A stretch of 64,000 bases of DNA from Escherichia coli (GCF_041248615.1 NZ_CP158426.1); one strand, 5' to 3'; positions 20,223 to 28,966 are shown, numbered from the stretch's first letter. Notes: generated by a model not told the origin, from the sequence alone. Program-made: numbers and translations.

Positions 20223-20248
20223 CCCGGCCTCAGCGCCGGGTTTTCTTT
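20223..20248 (+). terminator. intrinsic terminator ending the cI plus two-gene transcription unit
   Basis: stem CCCGGC/GCCGGG, loop CTCAGC, followed by TTTTCTTT; 6 nt after the ORF B stop. Confidence 0.6.
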
Positions 20249-20419
20249 GCCTCACGTTCGCCCACCTAAAAACACATAACCAATTATATTTATTGAAAAA
20301 TAAATAGATGCAACCCACTAAACCACGCAATTCTGATCTCTCCTTACATCGCCGAGGCAATACATCCACGCTAAAAAACAACACTATTAAATACAAAGCG
20401 TTATAAAAAACCACGCCAA

Positions 20420-20470
20420 CTTACAACAAATTGTATTGATCTTGTAAAGTACATATCGTACTATTTAACC
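20420..20470 (+). promoter_or_regulatory. PL promoter with OL operator palindromes
   Basis: TTGATC, 17-bp spacer, TACTAT; inverted repeats TACAA-N4-TTGTA and AGTAC-N5-GTACT overlap the promoter. Confidence 0.5.
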
Positions 20471-20509
20471 GTCAGCAGGACGCTGGAAGCCAAATGGAAC
20501 AGACTGGCA

Positions 20510-20555
20510 GGCTCTTTAAACAACGTCGACTCTCGACTACGTGGCTGAAAAGCCA
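20510..20555 (+). promoter_or_regulatory. candidate nutL (boxA GGCTCTTTAAACAAC, boxB hairpin TGGCTGAAAAGCCA)
   Basis: boxA close to the GCTCTTTAACAA consensus; 5-bp stem with GAAA loop about 100 nt upstream of N. Confidence 0.55.
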
Positions 20556-20653
20556 GATCACCCAACCACATAAGCTGTGGGATGCAATGCCGAAGCAACC
20601 GTCTCAGGAGGAGCTTCGAGATTGCATCGCCAAAGTTTATTCGGGAGGAATCC

Positions 20654-20926
20654 ATGTCCAGAAAAACAGAATTTAAAGGCACCGCAGCTTCTCGCCGTAG
20701 AGCTCGTCGCGCAAATCTGCAAAGTCAGGAGGCGATCAGCTCCGACAAGCTACACAGGCCAACCCCTTCACGAGTGGTCTTGCAATGCAAGCTCAAACCA
20801 GCAATGAGAGCAGAAGTGATAACTCTGACAACGTTGACCAGAAAATATGAAGGTTCAACTTGTCTTCCGAACGTAGCTCTTTACGCGGCAGGCTACCGGA
20901 AATCAAAACAACTGACGGCGAGATGA
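20654..20926 (+). CDS. N: N-type antiterminator (P22 gp24-like)
   Basis: ORF 20582-20926; start MSRKTEFKGTAASRRRARRANLQSQ at 20654 (GGAGG upstream); arginine-rich motif; C-terminal LYAAGYRKSKQLTAR resembles P22 gp24. Confidence 0.75.
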   Translation: MSRKTEFKGTAASRRRARRANLQSQEAISSDKLHRPTPSRVVLQCKLKPAMRAEVITLTTLTRKYEGSTCLPNVALYAAGYRKSKQLTAR

Positions 20927-20942
20927 TAAATTCATTTGCTAA

Positions 20943-21524
20943 TTACTTGTTTTTGCCATGCTTATCCTGAGCGATAAGTTCATCCATAAGGCTGTCTGCC
21001 TTCCCGGCAAACCTAATGTAGCACTCATGTCTATAGCTTTCAGGGATAACGAAACGGTCGGTATCAGGATATCCAACAGCAGGAGGCCTTCGAACGAGGA
21101 GTCCTTTTTTGAGCAATGAAATTGATTCATGAGCGCCCTTTTCCGTTTGTAGCTGGTTATTAGCGGCTACAGCGAATGCCAAATACGCTCTTTCTCCAAG
21201 AGTTAACGAATCAAACAAATCTTGCACATATTTTTCTTCTTTAGATTTGCGCTTCTGAGCAGCGAATACCTCAATTCTTTCAGTCACAGCGTGATAAGCG
21301 GAATTAACAACGCCGTTAAGCACATAGCTAACGCAAAACAACAGGATGTAATACATCCAGTAATGAGGAAGGATTTCTGGACTATGCAGGTTTATCCATT
21401 CTTTTACGCTTACCGGCATAACAATAATCAATATGATCAGGATGATTAGCATATGAATCAACTGTTTAAGTGTCATTCCTTGCAGGAAAAAATGCATTAG
21501 TTCCTGCCACCATGAGTTGTTCAT
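20943..21524 (-). CDS. sieB: superinfection exclusion protein SieB-like (membrane protein)
   Basis: 193-aa ORF MNNSWWQELMHFFLQGMTLKQLIHMLIILIILIIVMPV with TM segments, antisense immediately downstream of N. Confidence 0.6.
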   Translation of the reverse strand: MNNSWWQELMHFFLQGMTLKQLIHMLIILIILIIVMPVSVKEWINLHSPEILPHYWMYYILLFCVSYVLNGVVNSAYHAVTERIEVFAAQKRKSKEEKYVQDLFDSLTLGERAYLAFAVAANNQLQTEKGAHESISLLKKGLLVRRPPAVGYPDTDRFVIPESYRHECYIRFAGKADSLMDELIAQDKHGKNK

Positions 21525-21667
21525 CGGCGTTTCTCTTTTGCTCTCTGTAGGGGTGAATAGAGTTTATCCGATTTCTCGTTGTAGGGGTACACGAGAACCA
21601 CCGAGCCTGATGTGGTTAAAAGACAGGCACAATCTTTACTACCGCAATCCACTATTTAAGGTGATAT

Positions 21668-21754
21668 ATGGAAGAAGAATTTGAAGAGTTCGAAGAGCAT
21701 CCTCAAGATGTGATGGAACAATACCAGGACTATCCGTATGACTACGACTATTGA
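21668..21754 (+). CDS. 28-aa highly acidic mini-ORF overlapping the ral start
   Basis: MEEEFEEFEEHPQDVMEQYQDYPYDYDY; AAGG Shine-Dalgarno-like element upstream; below ORF-track cutoff. Confidence 0.25.
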   Translation: MEEEFEEFEEHPQDVMEQYQDYPYDYDY

Positions 21755-21938
21755 TACAAATCAATGGTGTGGACAATTCAAACGATGCAATGGATGCAAG
21801 CTGCAATCGGAATGCATGGTTAAGCCTGAAGAAATGTTTCCTGTAATGGAAGATGGGAAATATGTCGATAAATGGGCAATACGAACGACGGCAATGATTG
21901 CCAGAGAACTTGGTAAACAGAACAACAAAGCTGCCTGA
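21738..21938 (+). CDS. ral: restriction alleviation protein Ral
   Basis: 66-aa ORF MTTTIDTNQWCGQFKRCNGCKLQSEC..., lambda Ral. Confidence 0.8.
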   Translation: MTTTIDTNQWCGQFKRCNGCKLQSECMVKPEEMFPVMEDGKYVDKWAIRTTAMIARELGKQNNKAA

Positions 21939-22164
21939 TAGTGGCCTTTATTTTTGGCATAAATAACAGAATAAACACTGCACTGTGTATTCATTCCAAC
22001 GAGTGAATACACGGAGCAATGTCGCTCGTAACTAAACAGGAGCCGACTTGTTCTGATTGTTGGAAATCTTCTTTGCCCTCCAGTGTGAGGGCTTTTTTAT
22101 ATGCATACCAATAACGCTTCACTCGAGGCGTTTTCGTTATGCAATCAAATATAAGGAGTTACCC

Positions 22165-22299
22165 ATGATGCACTTTCAGCTCGCGGGTAGCGGCGTCATG
22201 TCCGCTTTCTACCCGCACGAATCTGAATTATCACGCAGAGTTAAACAATTAATCAGAGCAGCAAAGAAACAACTGGAGGCGTTATGCGCAATGAAATAG
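22165..22299 (+). CDS. CIII-like small protein (candidate FtsH inhibitor)
   Basis: 44-aa ORF MMHFQLAGSGVMSAFYPHESELSRRVKQL with AAGGAG 6 nt upstream; loosely resembles lambda CIII. Confidence 0.4.
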   Translation: MMHFQLAGSGVMSAFYPHESELSRRVKQLIRAAKKQLEALCAMK

Positions 22300-22436
22300 C
22301 CATTAATCACCAGATGCTTCGTGCTGCACAGAACAAAGCAGTAATAGCCAGATTTATTGGTGATTCAAAAATGTGGCTTGAAGCAAATAAAGCGATGAAA
22401 TCAGCTATCAACCTTCCGTGGTATCGCAGGAAATGA
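22284..22436 (+). CDS. Kil-like small protein
   Basis: 50-aa ORF MRNEIAINHQMLRAAQNKAVIARFIGDSKMWLEAN...; GGAGG upstream; FIGD.KM motif resembles lambda Kil from memory. Confidence 0.4.
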   Translation: MRNEIAINHQMLRAAQNKAVIARFIGDSKMWLEANKAMKSAINLPWYRRK

Positions 22437-22517
22437 GTTTTACAGATAACTGGTCAGACGAAGAATTCATTCGTCAGATGAAAGAAATGCTCAATCAGCA
22501 CAAAGAACAGGAGAAAG

Positions 22518-22829
22518 ATGATGATTCTGACTCTGAATGATAAGCGTGAAATATCGCAAATAATCGCAAGTTTTACTGATGAAGATTACGAACGAATCAA
22601 CAGTGAAGTTGATCGCCTCTGCAAACGTTGCGACCCAATAAGCGAAATGCTTCGCTCATATAAACCAGATGAACACACTAAGGACGCTATCGACTGGCTG
22701 GAAGATGATGACTGTAACTATCAGGAAAAAGCCGCTGAATGGTTCTGGGATGCAATAACCGAAAGAGTTAAGGCTGAATATGCCTTCGCAATATTCAAAC
22801 GCAGACACATTTATGGAGAAGCAGCATGA
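22518..22829 (+). CDS. hypothetical acidic protein, overlapping the recT start
   Basis: 103-aa ORF; stop overlaps the recT start; no family assigned. Confidence 0.5.
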   Translation: MMILTLNDKREISQIIASFTDEDYERINSEVDRLCKRCDPISEMLRSYKPDEHTKDAIDWLEDDDCNYQEKAAEWFWDAITERVKAEYAFAIFKRRHIYGEAA

Positions 22830-23737
22830 GCAATATCGTTGAATTCGTTAAACAGCAGGAGCAGTTATTCTGCGGGGCATTGACTGAACAGACGGTGACA
22901 TGGGCTAAGGAAAGCCAGTTTGCAATTCAGTATTTCCAGAAAAATGATTACCTGGCTAAAACAGCACTGGCAAATCCAACCAGCGCACAGAACGCCATCA
23001 TCAATGTTGCGGCGATCGGTATCACCTTAAACCCGGCTAGCAAACTGGCTTATCTGGTTCCGCGCGACGGCATGGTTTGCCTTGATATCAGCTATATGGG
23101 ATTGCTACATATTGCAATGGAGTCTGGTGTTATCTCATGGGGTCAGGCAAAGCTTGTTCATGCTAACGATACTTATGAGTCAAACGGACTTGATAAAGCA
23201 CCAACCCATAAATACAACGCCTTCGGTGATCGTGGCGATATCGTTGGTGTTTACTGCACAGTTAAGACGCCAGCAGGTGATTATCTAACGGAAGAGATGA
23301 GTCTGGCTGAAATTGAGGCTGTAAGGAAAACAAGCAAGGCGGCATTCAGCGATAAAGGACCATGGGTAAATCACTGGAATGAGATGGCGCGAAAGACGGT
23401 CGTAAAGCGTGCAAGCAAGTATTGGCCTAAGGCATCACGTCTTGATAGTGCTATTCACGTACTAAACGAAGAAGAAGGTGTATGGACTGAACCAGTTATG
23501 CCTCACAAATCAGAGGAAGATATCCGCGAAGATGAACGGAAACGCCAGCAGGAAATAACGGATAAAGCACAACTTCTTTGTGATGAAATGGCTCAGGCTG
23601 AAAACATGGATGATTTGAAGAGATATTTTGCAGAAGCATATCGCCTGACATCTGGAATGAAATTGCAGCAGAACATACAAGCCATTTACATAGAATGCAA
23701 AGCGAAACTGGAGGTTGCCAGTGAGCAAACTATATGA
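22826..23737 (+). CDS. recT: RecT-family single-strand annealing recombinase
   Basis: 303-aa ORF with GPWVNHWNEMARKTVVKRASKYWP, paralleling the E. coli RecT motif. Confidence 0.8.
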   Translation: MSNIVEFVKQQEQLFCGALTEQTVTWAKESQFAIQYFQKNDYLAKTALANPTSAQNAIINVAAIGITLNPASKLAYLVPRDGMVCLDISYMGLLHIAMESGVISWGQAKLVHANDTYESNGLDKAPTHKYNAFGDRGDIVGVYCTVKTPAGDYLTEEMSLAEIEAVRKTSKAAFSDKGPWVNHWNEMARKTVVKRASKYWPKASRLDSAIHVLNEEEGVWTEPVMPHKSEEDIREDERKRQQEITDKAQLLCDEMAQAENMDDLKRYFAEAYRLTSGMKLQQNIQAIYIECKAKLEVASEQTI

Positions 23738-24203
23738 AATTGCCAATGAATACGCAAAATTGATGGATTCAGATTTAGAACCAGAGATGATTGCTGACAC
23801 AATAGAAGGCATGGAAGGAGAATTTACCGATAAAATAGAACAACTTCTTTCCGTCATTAAAAATGAATCTGGTTATGCCGAACGCCTCAAGGAAGAGGCA
23901 AAGTCACTAAATGAGCGAGCCGCAGTAATTCAAAACAAGATTGACAGCATCAAATCATATATAGCGTCATCGCTTGAAATGGTTGGAAAGAAAAATATTC
24001 GAGCAGGTATTCACCAGGTAACAATCCGCAAACCGTCAGAAACTGTAGAAATCATCGACTCAAGCGCCCTTCCTCCTGAATACGTTGAGTTCGAAACGAC
24101 AATTAAAGCCGACAAACTGGCAATCAAACACCAACTAAAAGCAGGAATAAATATCCCCGGTGCTCAACTCAAAGTTGGAAAACCTTCACTTCTTATCAAA
24201 TAA
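23715..24203 (+). CDS. hypothetical phage protein (possibly siphovirus Gp157-like, often next to recT)
   Basis: 162-aa ORF in operon context; family call from memory only. Confidence 0.4.
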   Translation: MPVSKLYEIANEYAKLMDSDLEPEMIADTIEGMEGEFTDKIEQLLSVIKNESGYAERLKEEAKSLNERAAVIQNKIDSIKSYIASSLEMVGKKNIRAGIHQVTIRKPSETVEIIDSSALPPEYVEFETTIKADKLAIKHQLKAGINIPGAQLKVGKPSLLIK

Positions 24204-24214
24204 CGGTATCGCCT

Positions 24215-24529
24215 ATGAAAAAGACTCCATGGGAGAAATGGGAAGTCGATTTCTTGCGCGAGGTAGCGGCGACAATGCCAGTTGAAGTTATCGCAGAAAA
24301 ACTGGAAAGGACTGAAAAAGCAGTAATGGCGAAAGCAACAAGGATTGGCGCTGACATTGTTAGCCGACTTCGTGGAAGACGATGGACAAGAGCCGAAGTA
24401 TCACTTTTCGGTAAGTTCTCAGCAGAAGAAATAGCAATTGCAACCTGCCGCTCAATTTATTCAGTAAGAGCTATGCGATACAAGCTAAAAAAACTCGATG
24501 AAGAAAGAGCAGGCATACGAATAAATTAA
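24215..24529 (+). CDS. hypothetical protein
   Basis: 104-aa ORF in the early-left operon. Confidence 0.5.
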   Translation: MKKTPWEKWEVDFLREVAATMPVEVIAEKLERTEKAVMAKATRIGADIVSRLRGRRWTRAEVSLFGKFSAEEIAIATCRSIYSVRAMRYKLKKLDEERAGIRIN

Positions 24530-24545
24530 CATGGAGTAATTAACA

Positions 24546-24827
24546 ATGAAGCTAAACATCGACCTCGGAAAATACGTTATTACCGGAACCAAACACGACC
24601 TGATTCTTAGTGAAAGAGGAATTATCAAAGAAGGCGAGAATGCAGGGAAAGAAACACTAAGCCGTATCGGTTATTACAGCAAGTTTGAGCATCTGGTTAA
24701 AGAGTTATGCAACCGTGAAATCCTGTTATCTCAGGCGCAGACGCTACAGGATATTCAGCAGCATATCGAGACTTTAGGTATGTCACTTAGCATGGCTATT
24801 GACCAGTTAGTGGAGAGTAAATCATGA
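24546..24827 (+). CDS. hypothetical protein
   Basis: 93-aa ORF in the early-left operon. Confidence 0.5.
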   Translation: MKLNIDLGKYVITGTKHDLILSERGIIKEGENAGKETLSRIGYYSKFEHLVKELCNREILLSQAQTLQDIQQHIETLGMSLSMAIDQLVESKS

Positions 24828-24984
24828 GAGGACTTGCATACAATCCCGGAATTCTTCCGGCAGAAATGATTATTCGCCAACGCGTAAAGCCAATGCCATC
24901 GAGAGAGGAATTGCTTAAGAGAAATTCTTTTCCATCAGTGAATCAAAACAAATATCTGAATGCGATGTGGCGGAGTGGGAAGAA

Positions 24985-25416
24985 ATGAAACAAATGTCAC
25001 TAATTGAGATGGATGGTTTTCTGAAAGGTAAATGCATCCCAAGTGATTTAAAGGTTAACGAAACAAACGCTGAATATCTGGTGCGTAAATTTGCTGAAGC
25101 GGAGGCCAAGTGCGCGGCGCTGGCAGCGGAGAATGCGGGGCTGAAGTCTGGCGCTATGGGCGAAATCAAGGTTATCAACCGTGGAGGGCAGGCATATTGC
25201 GTAAAAGATGGAGTGCAAGTTAATCCCATGTATGCAAGAGGGTGGAATGACTATCGCGCAAAGTCTCTGCAATCAGACACCCAAGCCACCGATGCTTTCC
25301 TGGCTGAAGTACGGGCGCAGGGCGTGGAGATGTTTGCTGAGTGCGCATACACACTTGAACATCATGATCACGCAGTAGCCTTCGCCGCTGAGCTTCGCAA
25401 AGGAGGCAACCAGTGA
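24985..25416 (+). CDS. hypothetical protein
   Basis: ORF 24967-25416; likely ATG start at 24985 ([11 protein letters not shown]...). Confidence 0.5.
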   Translation: MKQMSLIEMDGFLKGKCIPSDLKVNETNAEYLVRKFAEAEAKCAALAAENAGLKSGAMGEIKVINRGGQAYCVKDGVQVNPMYARGWNDYRAKSLQSDTQATDAFLAEVRAQGVEMFAECAYTLEHHDHAVAFAAELRKGGNQ

Positions 25417-25958
25417 GTGTAACGGTTGAAAAGATTGATGTGTTGTCATTCGTTATAACCGGTGCAGAGCGACTAGATCCGGTTCGAGTGATGATTGAAA
25501 ACTACGAACCTGGTAAGGGAAGAATCACCATCACCTGCTACGGAAAGGCGTGGACTGCGGCTTGGTTTGCTATGGGCGGTGATGATGTGCAGACGTTCAT
25601 TAAGCGGGTCAGCAACGAGTATCTAATCGGCTATTTCGACCCACAACTGCGAAGCACGGTCGACGATGACAACGATGCAAATCTGCTTTTCGTGAAGTCA
25701 GAAATCATAAAGTTACGAAGAGAGAGAGAAATAGACGCCGTACTGGCTCGCGAAATGTGGGACGAGGCGGAAAACGCCGATGACGTAAAAGAAAGCTGCT
25801 GCTGTTTCGGCGTCGGTAACAAACTACTGAATCTCTTTGGTGATGATCCGTGGTATGCCGACTGGCCAACGGTACCAAACCCGAAATACCAGTATCTGGA
25901 ACGCGTACTTAATGCAGTGAGAGACGGTCTTAAGCAAATAGAGAAGGTGGAACCATGA
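25413..25958 (+). CDS. hypothetical protein
   Basis: 181-aa ORF, GTG start with AGGAGG 7 nt upstream; start overlaps the previous stop. Confidence 0.55.
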   Translation: MSVTVEKIDVLSFVITGAERLDPVRVMIENYEPGKGRITITCYGKAWTAAWFAMGGDDVQTFIKRVSNEYLIGYFDPQLRSTVDDDNDANLLFVKSEIIKLRREREIDAVLAREMWDEAENADDVKESCCCFGVGNKLLNLFGDDPWYADWPTVPNPKYQYLERVLNAVRDGLKQIEKVEP

Positions 25959-26254
25959 CTGTATGTCTTATTGATAAACGTCGACGTGGGCAACAAATAC
26001 CATCTGTTGAAATGCCGAATCACACATGGTTTTGCGTACTTGATATCGATGGCATGGATAAGTTTGTTGACACTCGTCATTACTGCGATACCGCAACAGC
26101 TACTCCGGCGAAAGCAAAGAAAATGGCTGCTCTGATAGAAAACTGGACTCCACCTGATGGTTGGTGCAATGGGAATGATCGAGATTGGCACGAAAAAATG
26201 AAGGGCTATATCTGCGATTTTTTACGTAAATGCAACGGATTCAGGGTGATGTGA
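25955..26254 (+). CDS. hypothetical protein
   Basis: 99-aa ORF; ATGA overlap with the previous ORF. Confidence 0.5.
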   Translation: MTVCLIDKRRRGQQIPSVEMPNHTWFCVLDIDGMDKFVDTRHYCDTATATPAKAKKMAALIENWTPPDGWCNGNDRDWHEKMKGYICDFLRKCNGFRVM

Positions 26255-26255
26255 C

Positions 26256-26888
26256 ATGAGCAAGATTGACTATCAGGCACTGCGTGAAGCGGCAGAGCGT
26301 GCAATTCCGGCAATGGAACGCCTGTTAATGTTGCCAGCTGATGATGATTTGTTAAGTGAACAGGAACTTAAAGATTACGGTGTGGATATTGATGCGCTCA
26401 ACGCCTTCAAATTTCTGACCGGACCAGAAACCGTGCTGGCGCTGCTGGATGAACGGGAAAGAAACCAGCAATACATAAAACGCCGCGATCAGGAGAACGA
26501 GGATATTGCGCTAACGGTAGGGAAACTGCGTGTTGAGCTTGAGGAAGCAAAATCAAAACTCAACGAGCAACGCGAGTATTACGAAGGTGTTATCTCGGAT
26601 GGGAGTAAGCGTATTGCTGAACTGGAAGCACGGGAAATAAAACCAGCCAAAGGTGAAGTTCTTGTCGTTGTTTCTGGTTTTACTGGTTGCGGAAAAAGCG
26701 CCATTGCCGGGGAAATAGAAATCGCGATGAAGGCTATTGGTGTACCGGTTAAGTGGACTAATGGCGATGCAGAAAAGCGCATGACTGGCGCTGACTGGCT
26801 GACAGCGATTGAGATGTACAAACCAACTGTGCGCATCGTGGAAGTTAATGTGCCACGCGCCGCTGGCATTCGCATCAAAGGAGACTGA
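26256..26888 (+). CDS. hypothetical protein with predicted coiled-coil middle region
   Basis: 210-aa ORF. Confidence 0.5.
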   Translation: MSKIDYQALREAAERAIPAMERLLMLPADDDLLSEQELKDYGVDIDALNAFKFLTGPETVLALLDERERNQQYIKRRDQENEDIALTVGKLRVELEEAKSKLNEQREYYEGVISDGSKRIAELEAREIKPAKGEVLVVVSGFTGCGKSAIAGEIEIAMKAIGVPVKWTNGDAEKRMTGADWLTAIEMYKPTVRIVEVNVPRAAGIRIKGD

Positions 26889-26889
26889 T

Positions 26890-27087
26890 ATGGATAAAAA
26901 CACCACTGCTTACTGGAATCTGTCACTTGATACCGAATGCCCAAAATGCGGTCACAATTTCGATCTGCTTTGCGATCCAGATTTCTGGGAATTTTCTGGA
27001 GCAAAACAGGCATGTGAAGAAATAAAAGGTTACGAAACATGCTGTCCAGAATGTAACCATGAATTTAAAACAGATTTTGTGTATTGA
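26890..27087 (+). CDS. small zinc-ribbon-like protein
   Basis: 65-aa ORF MDKNTTAYWNL... with CPKCGH and CCPECNH cysteine pairs. Confidence 0.45.
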   Translation: MDKNTTAYWNLSLDTECPKCGHNFDLLCDPDFWEFSGAKQACEEIKGYETCCPECNHEFKTDFVY

Positions 27088-27097
27088 GGCATAACGA

Positions 27098-28285
27098 ATG
27101 ACCACTTTTACTAAAGAACAATTAATAGAGATGATTAAGCGCAATATAACGGTTATGGATCGTTATCCTGATTTAGTAACTGCACAAATGGATCTGGAAG
27201 TATACAAAATTGCGCTGGCATCACTGGAAGCAGAACCAGTTGCTTATATTTTCAAACATCCGGCCGGGAAATTATTCTGGGCTTTAACGGATGAAAGCAA
27301 TAAAGAGCAACCGGACGTTATTCCTGTTTATGCTGACTCACCTGCGCCGGTTGTGCCGGATGAAATAGACGTAAACGATGTGCCAAGGGCGGTGACATAT
27401 TTCAAGACACACAGAGATTGTTACGCAGATGGCTGGAACGCCTGCCGCGCCGCCATGCTTCAGTCCGGAAACTTTCGGGAAAACAAGAATTCGTCAACCA
27501 ATAATTTTCGGGAAATCGCGGAAACGTCAACCAACTATCCGGTAATTCCTAGTGAGGTGTTGTCCGCAATCCAGAAGGTTGCCAAGATTCGTGCCGATTT
27601 CGATGATTTTGACGGTGACAGGCGAGGTATCGGTGATTGTCTGGATGAGGCTGAGCAAGAGCTTATCGTTACCATTAACAAATATGCCAGTCAGTTGGCA
27701 GCAGAACCTATAGCGCCTAATGACGTTCGAGAGCAGCAGACAGCCGTTCCGCCAGTTCCAGAAATACAGGCTGATGTCGCGCAAGCAATTGAAAATCTCA
27801 AGCAGAAGTTAGTGGAATGCAATCGCTATAACTACTGTGCAGATGCAGTTAAAGGCGTAGAGGATGCCTGCCGTGCTGTTAGCTATAGCCAAGCCGACAA
27901 TCAGCCAGCATCTGGCAACCAGGCTGCCGAATCCAATCGCGATAATGAGTGGACTGGCAATCCTGATATTGATAACGCCATCATCATGCTCGACCGCATA
28001 GATACGCTGGAAAATTGCGATGATGACCGTATTGAGGCTGTTAAGGCTGTTTTGCGTAGACTGGCTGGCAACTATCCGGTAACTCCGGATAGTTGGATAA
28101 GCTGTAGTGAGCGAATGCCCGCTCAAGATGATTGGATTTTAATTTATTCAAAGCACGGCGAGTATATGGCAGGACAGGTACAAGGGGAATACGTGGAGTT
28201 GAGCGACGGCACTTTATCGTGGTTAGGGAACGCCTTGTACTGGATGCCTCTACCAGAACCGCCGAAGGAGGTTAACCGTGGCTAA
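27098..28285 (+). CDS. hypothetical phage protein with C-terminal DUF551-like domain
   Basis: 395-aa ORF; C-terminal WISCSERMPAQDDWILIYSKHGEYMAG typical of DUF551 from memory. Confidence 0.5.
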   Translation: MTTFTKEQLIEMIKRNITVMDRYPDLVTAQMDLEVYKIALASLEAEPVAYIFKHPAGKLFWALTDESNKEQPDVIPVYADSPAPVVPDEIDVNDVPRAVTYFKTHRDCYADGWNACRAAMLQSGNFRENKNSSTNNFREIAETSTNYPVIPSEVLSAIQKVAKIRADFDDFDGDRRGIGDCLDEAEQELIVTINKYASQLAAEPIAPNDVREQQTAVPPVPEIQADVAQAIENLKQKLVECNRYNYCADAVKGVEDACRAVSYSQADNQPASGNQAAESNRDNEWTGNPDIDNAIIMLDRIDTLENCDDDRIEAVKAVLRRLAGNYPVTPDSWISCSERMPAQDDWILIYSKHGEYMAGQVQGEYVELSDGTLSWLGNALYWMPLPEPPKEVNRG

Positions 28286-28562
28286 CCTGCAACTTGCCGT
28301 CAAAGGTGAATACTTCGATGCCATGATTCGCGGAGAGAAAACGGAAGAGTATCGCCTGTGTAATGACTACTGGAAAAAGCGCCTCGTTAACCGTAAGCAT
28401 GACCGCCTGATTATCACAAAGGGATATCCGAAGCGCGACGATTCCAGCCGCAGAGTTGATGTTCCGTATGACGGATATGAAGTGAAGACAATCACACATC
28501 CGCACTTCGGTGATAAACCGGTAAAGGTATACGCGATAAAGGTAAATATCGGCACTGAATAA
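28278..28562 (+). CDS. hypothetical protein
   Basis: 94-aa ORF. Confidence 0.5.
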   Translation: MANLQLAVKGEYFDAMIRGEKTEEYRLCNDYWKKRLVNRKHDRLIITKGYPKRDDSSRRVDVPYDGYEVKTITHPHFGDKPVKVYAIKVNIGTE

Positions 28563-28587
28563 CAATCCGCACAACACAAGGTCAAGA

Positions 28588-28827
28588 ATGTTCAGAGTGA
28601 TTTACCCTAACACCTGGTACGTCGACCACCACGGCACTCCCTGCAAAATCCTGCGTTCCACTCACAACAAAGCTCACTACATCCGAAAAGGCAGAACATG
28701 TATCGCCAGCATGTTCCGCTTTAATCATGACTTTGAACCTGTGAATAAAGCTGACGCAGATCGGATAGCTGAAGAGATCGAAACAGCAGAACACATTAAG
28801 AAGTTACGTGCCATACGCAGGAAATAG
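28588..28827 (+). CDS. hypothetical protein
   Basis: 79-aa ORF. Confidence 0.45.
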   Translation: MFRVIYPNTWYVDHHGTPCKILRSTHNKAHYIRKGRTCIASMFRFNHDFEPVNKADADRIAEEIETAEHIKKLRAIRRK

Positions 28828-28966
28828 AAAAATTGATAAATTCAATACTGCATTTCTCAGCATTAAATTTATCTCTATGACCAGTCAAGAGATGTACCTG
28901 CCATGAGCTTAATATCATGTCAGATATATCGGTCACAAACTCCCTCAGCAGCTAAGAGGAGGACAA

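Noticed and set aside
20124-20414. 96-aa minus-strand ORF
   Set aside because: Overlaps the ORF B terminator and the PL/OL control region; no ribosome-binding site; likely spurious.
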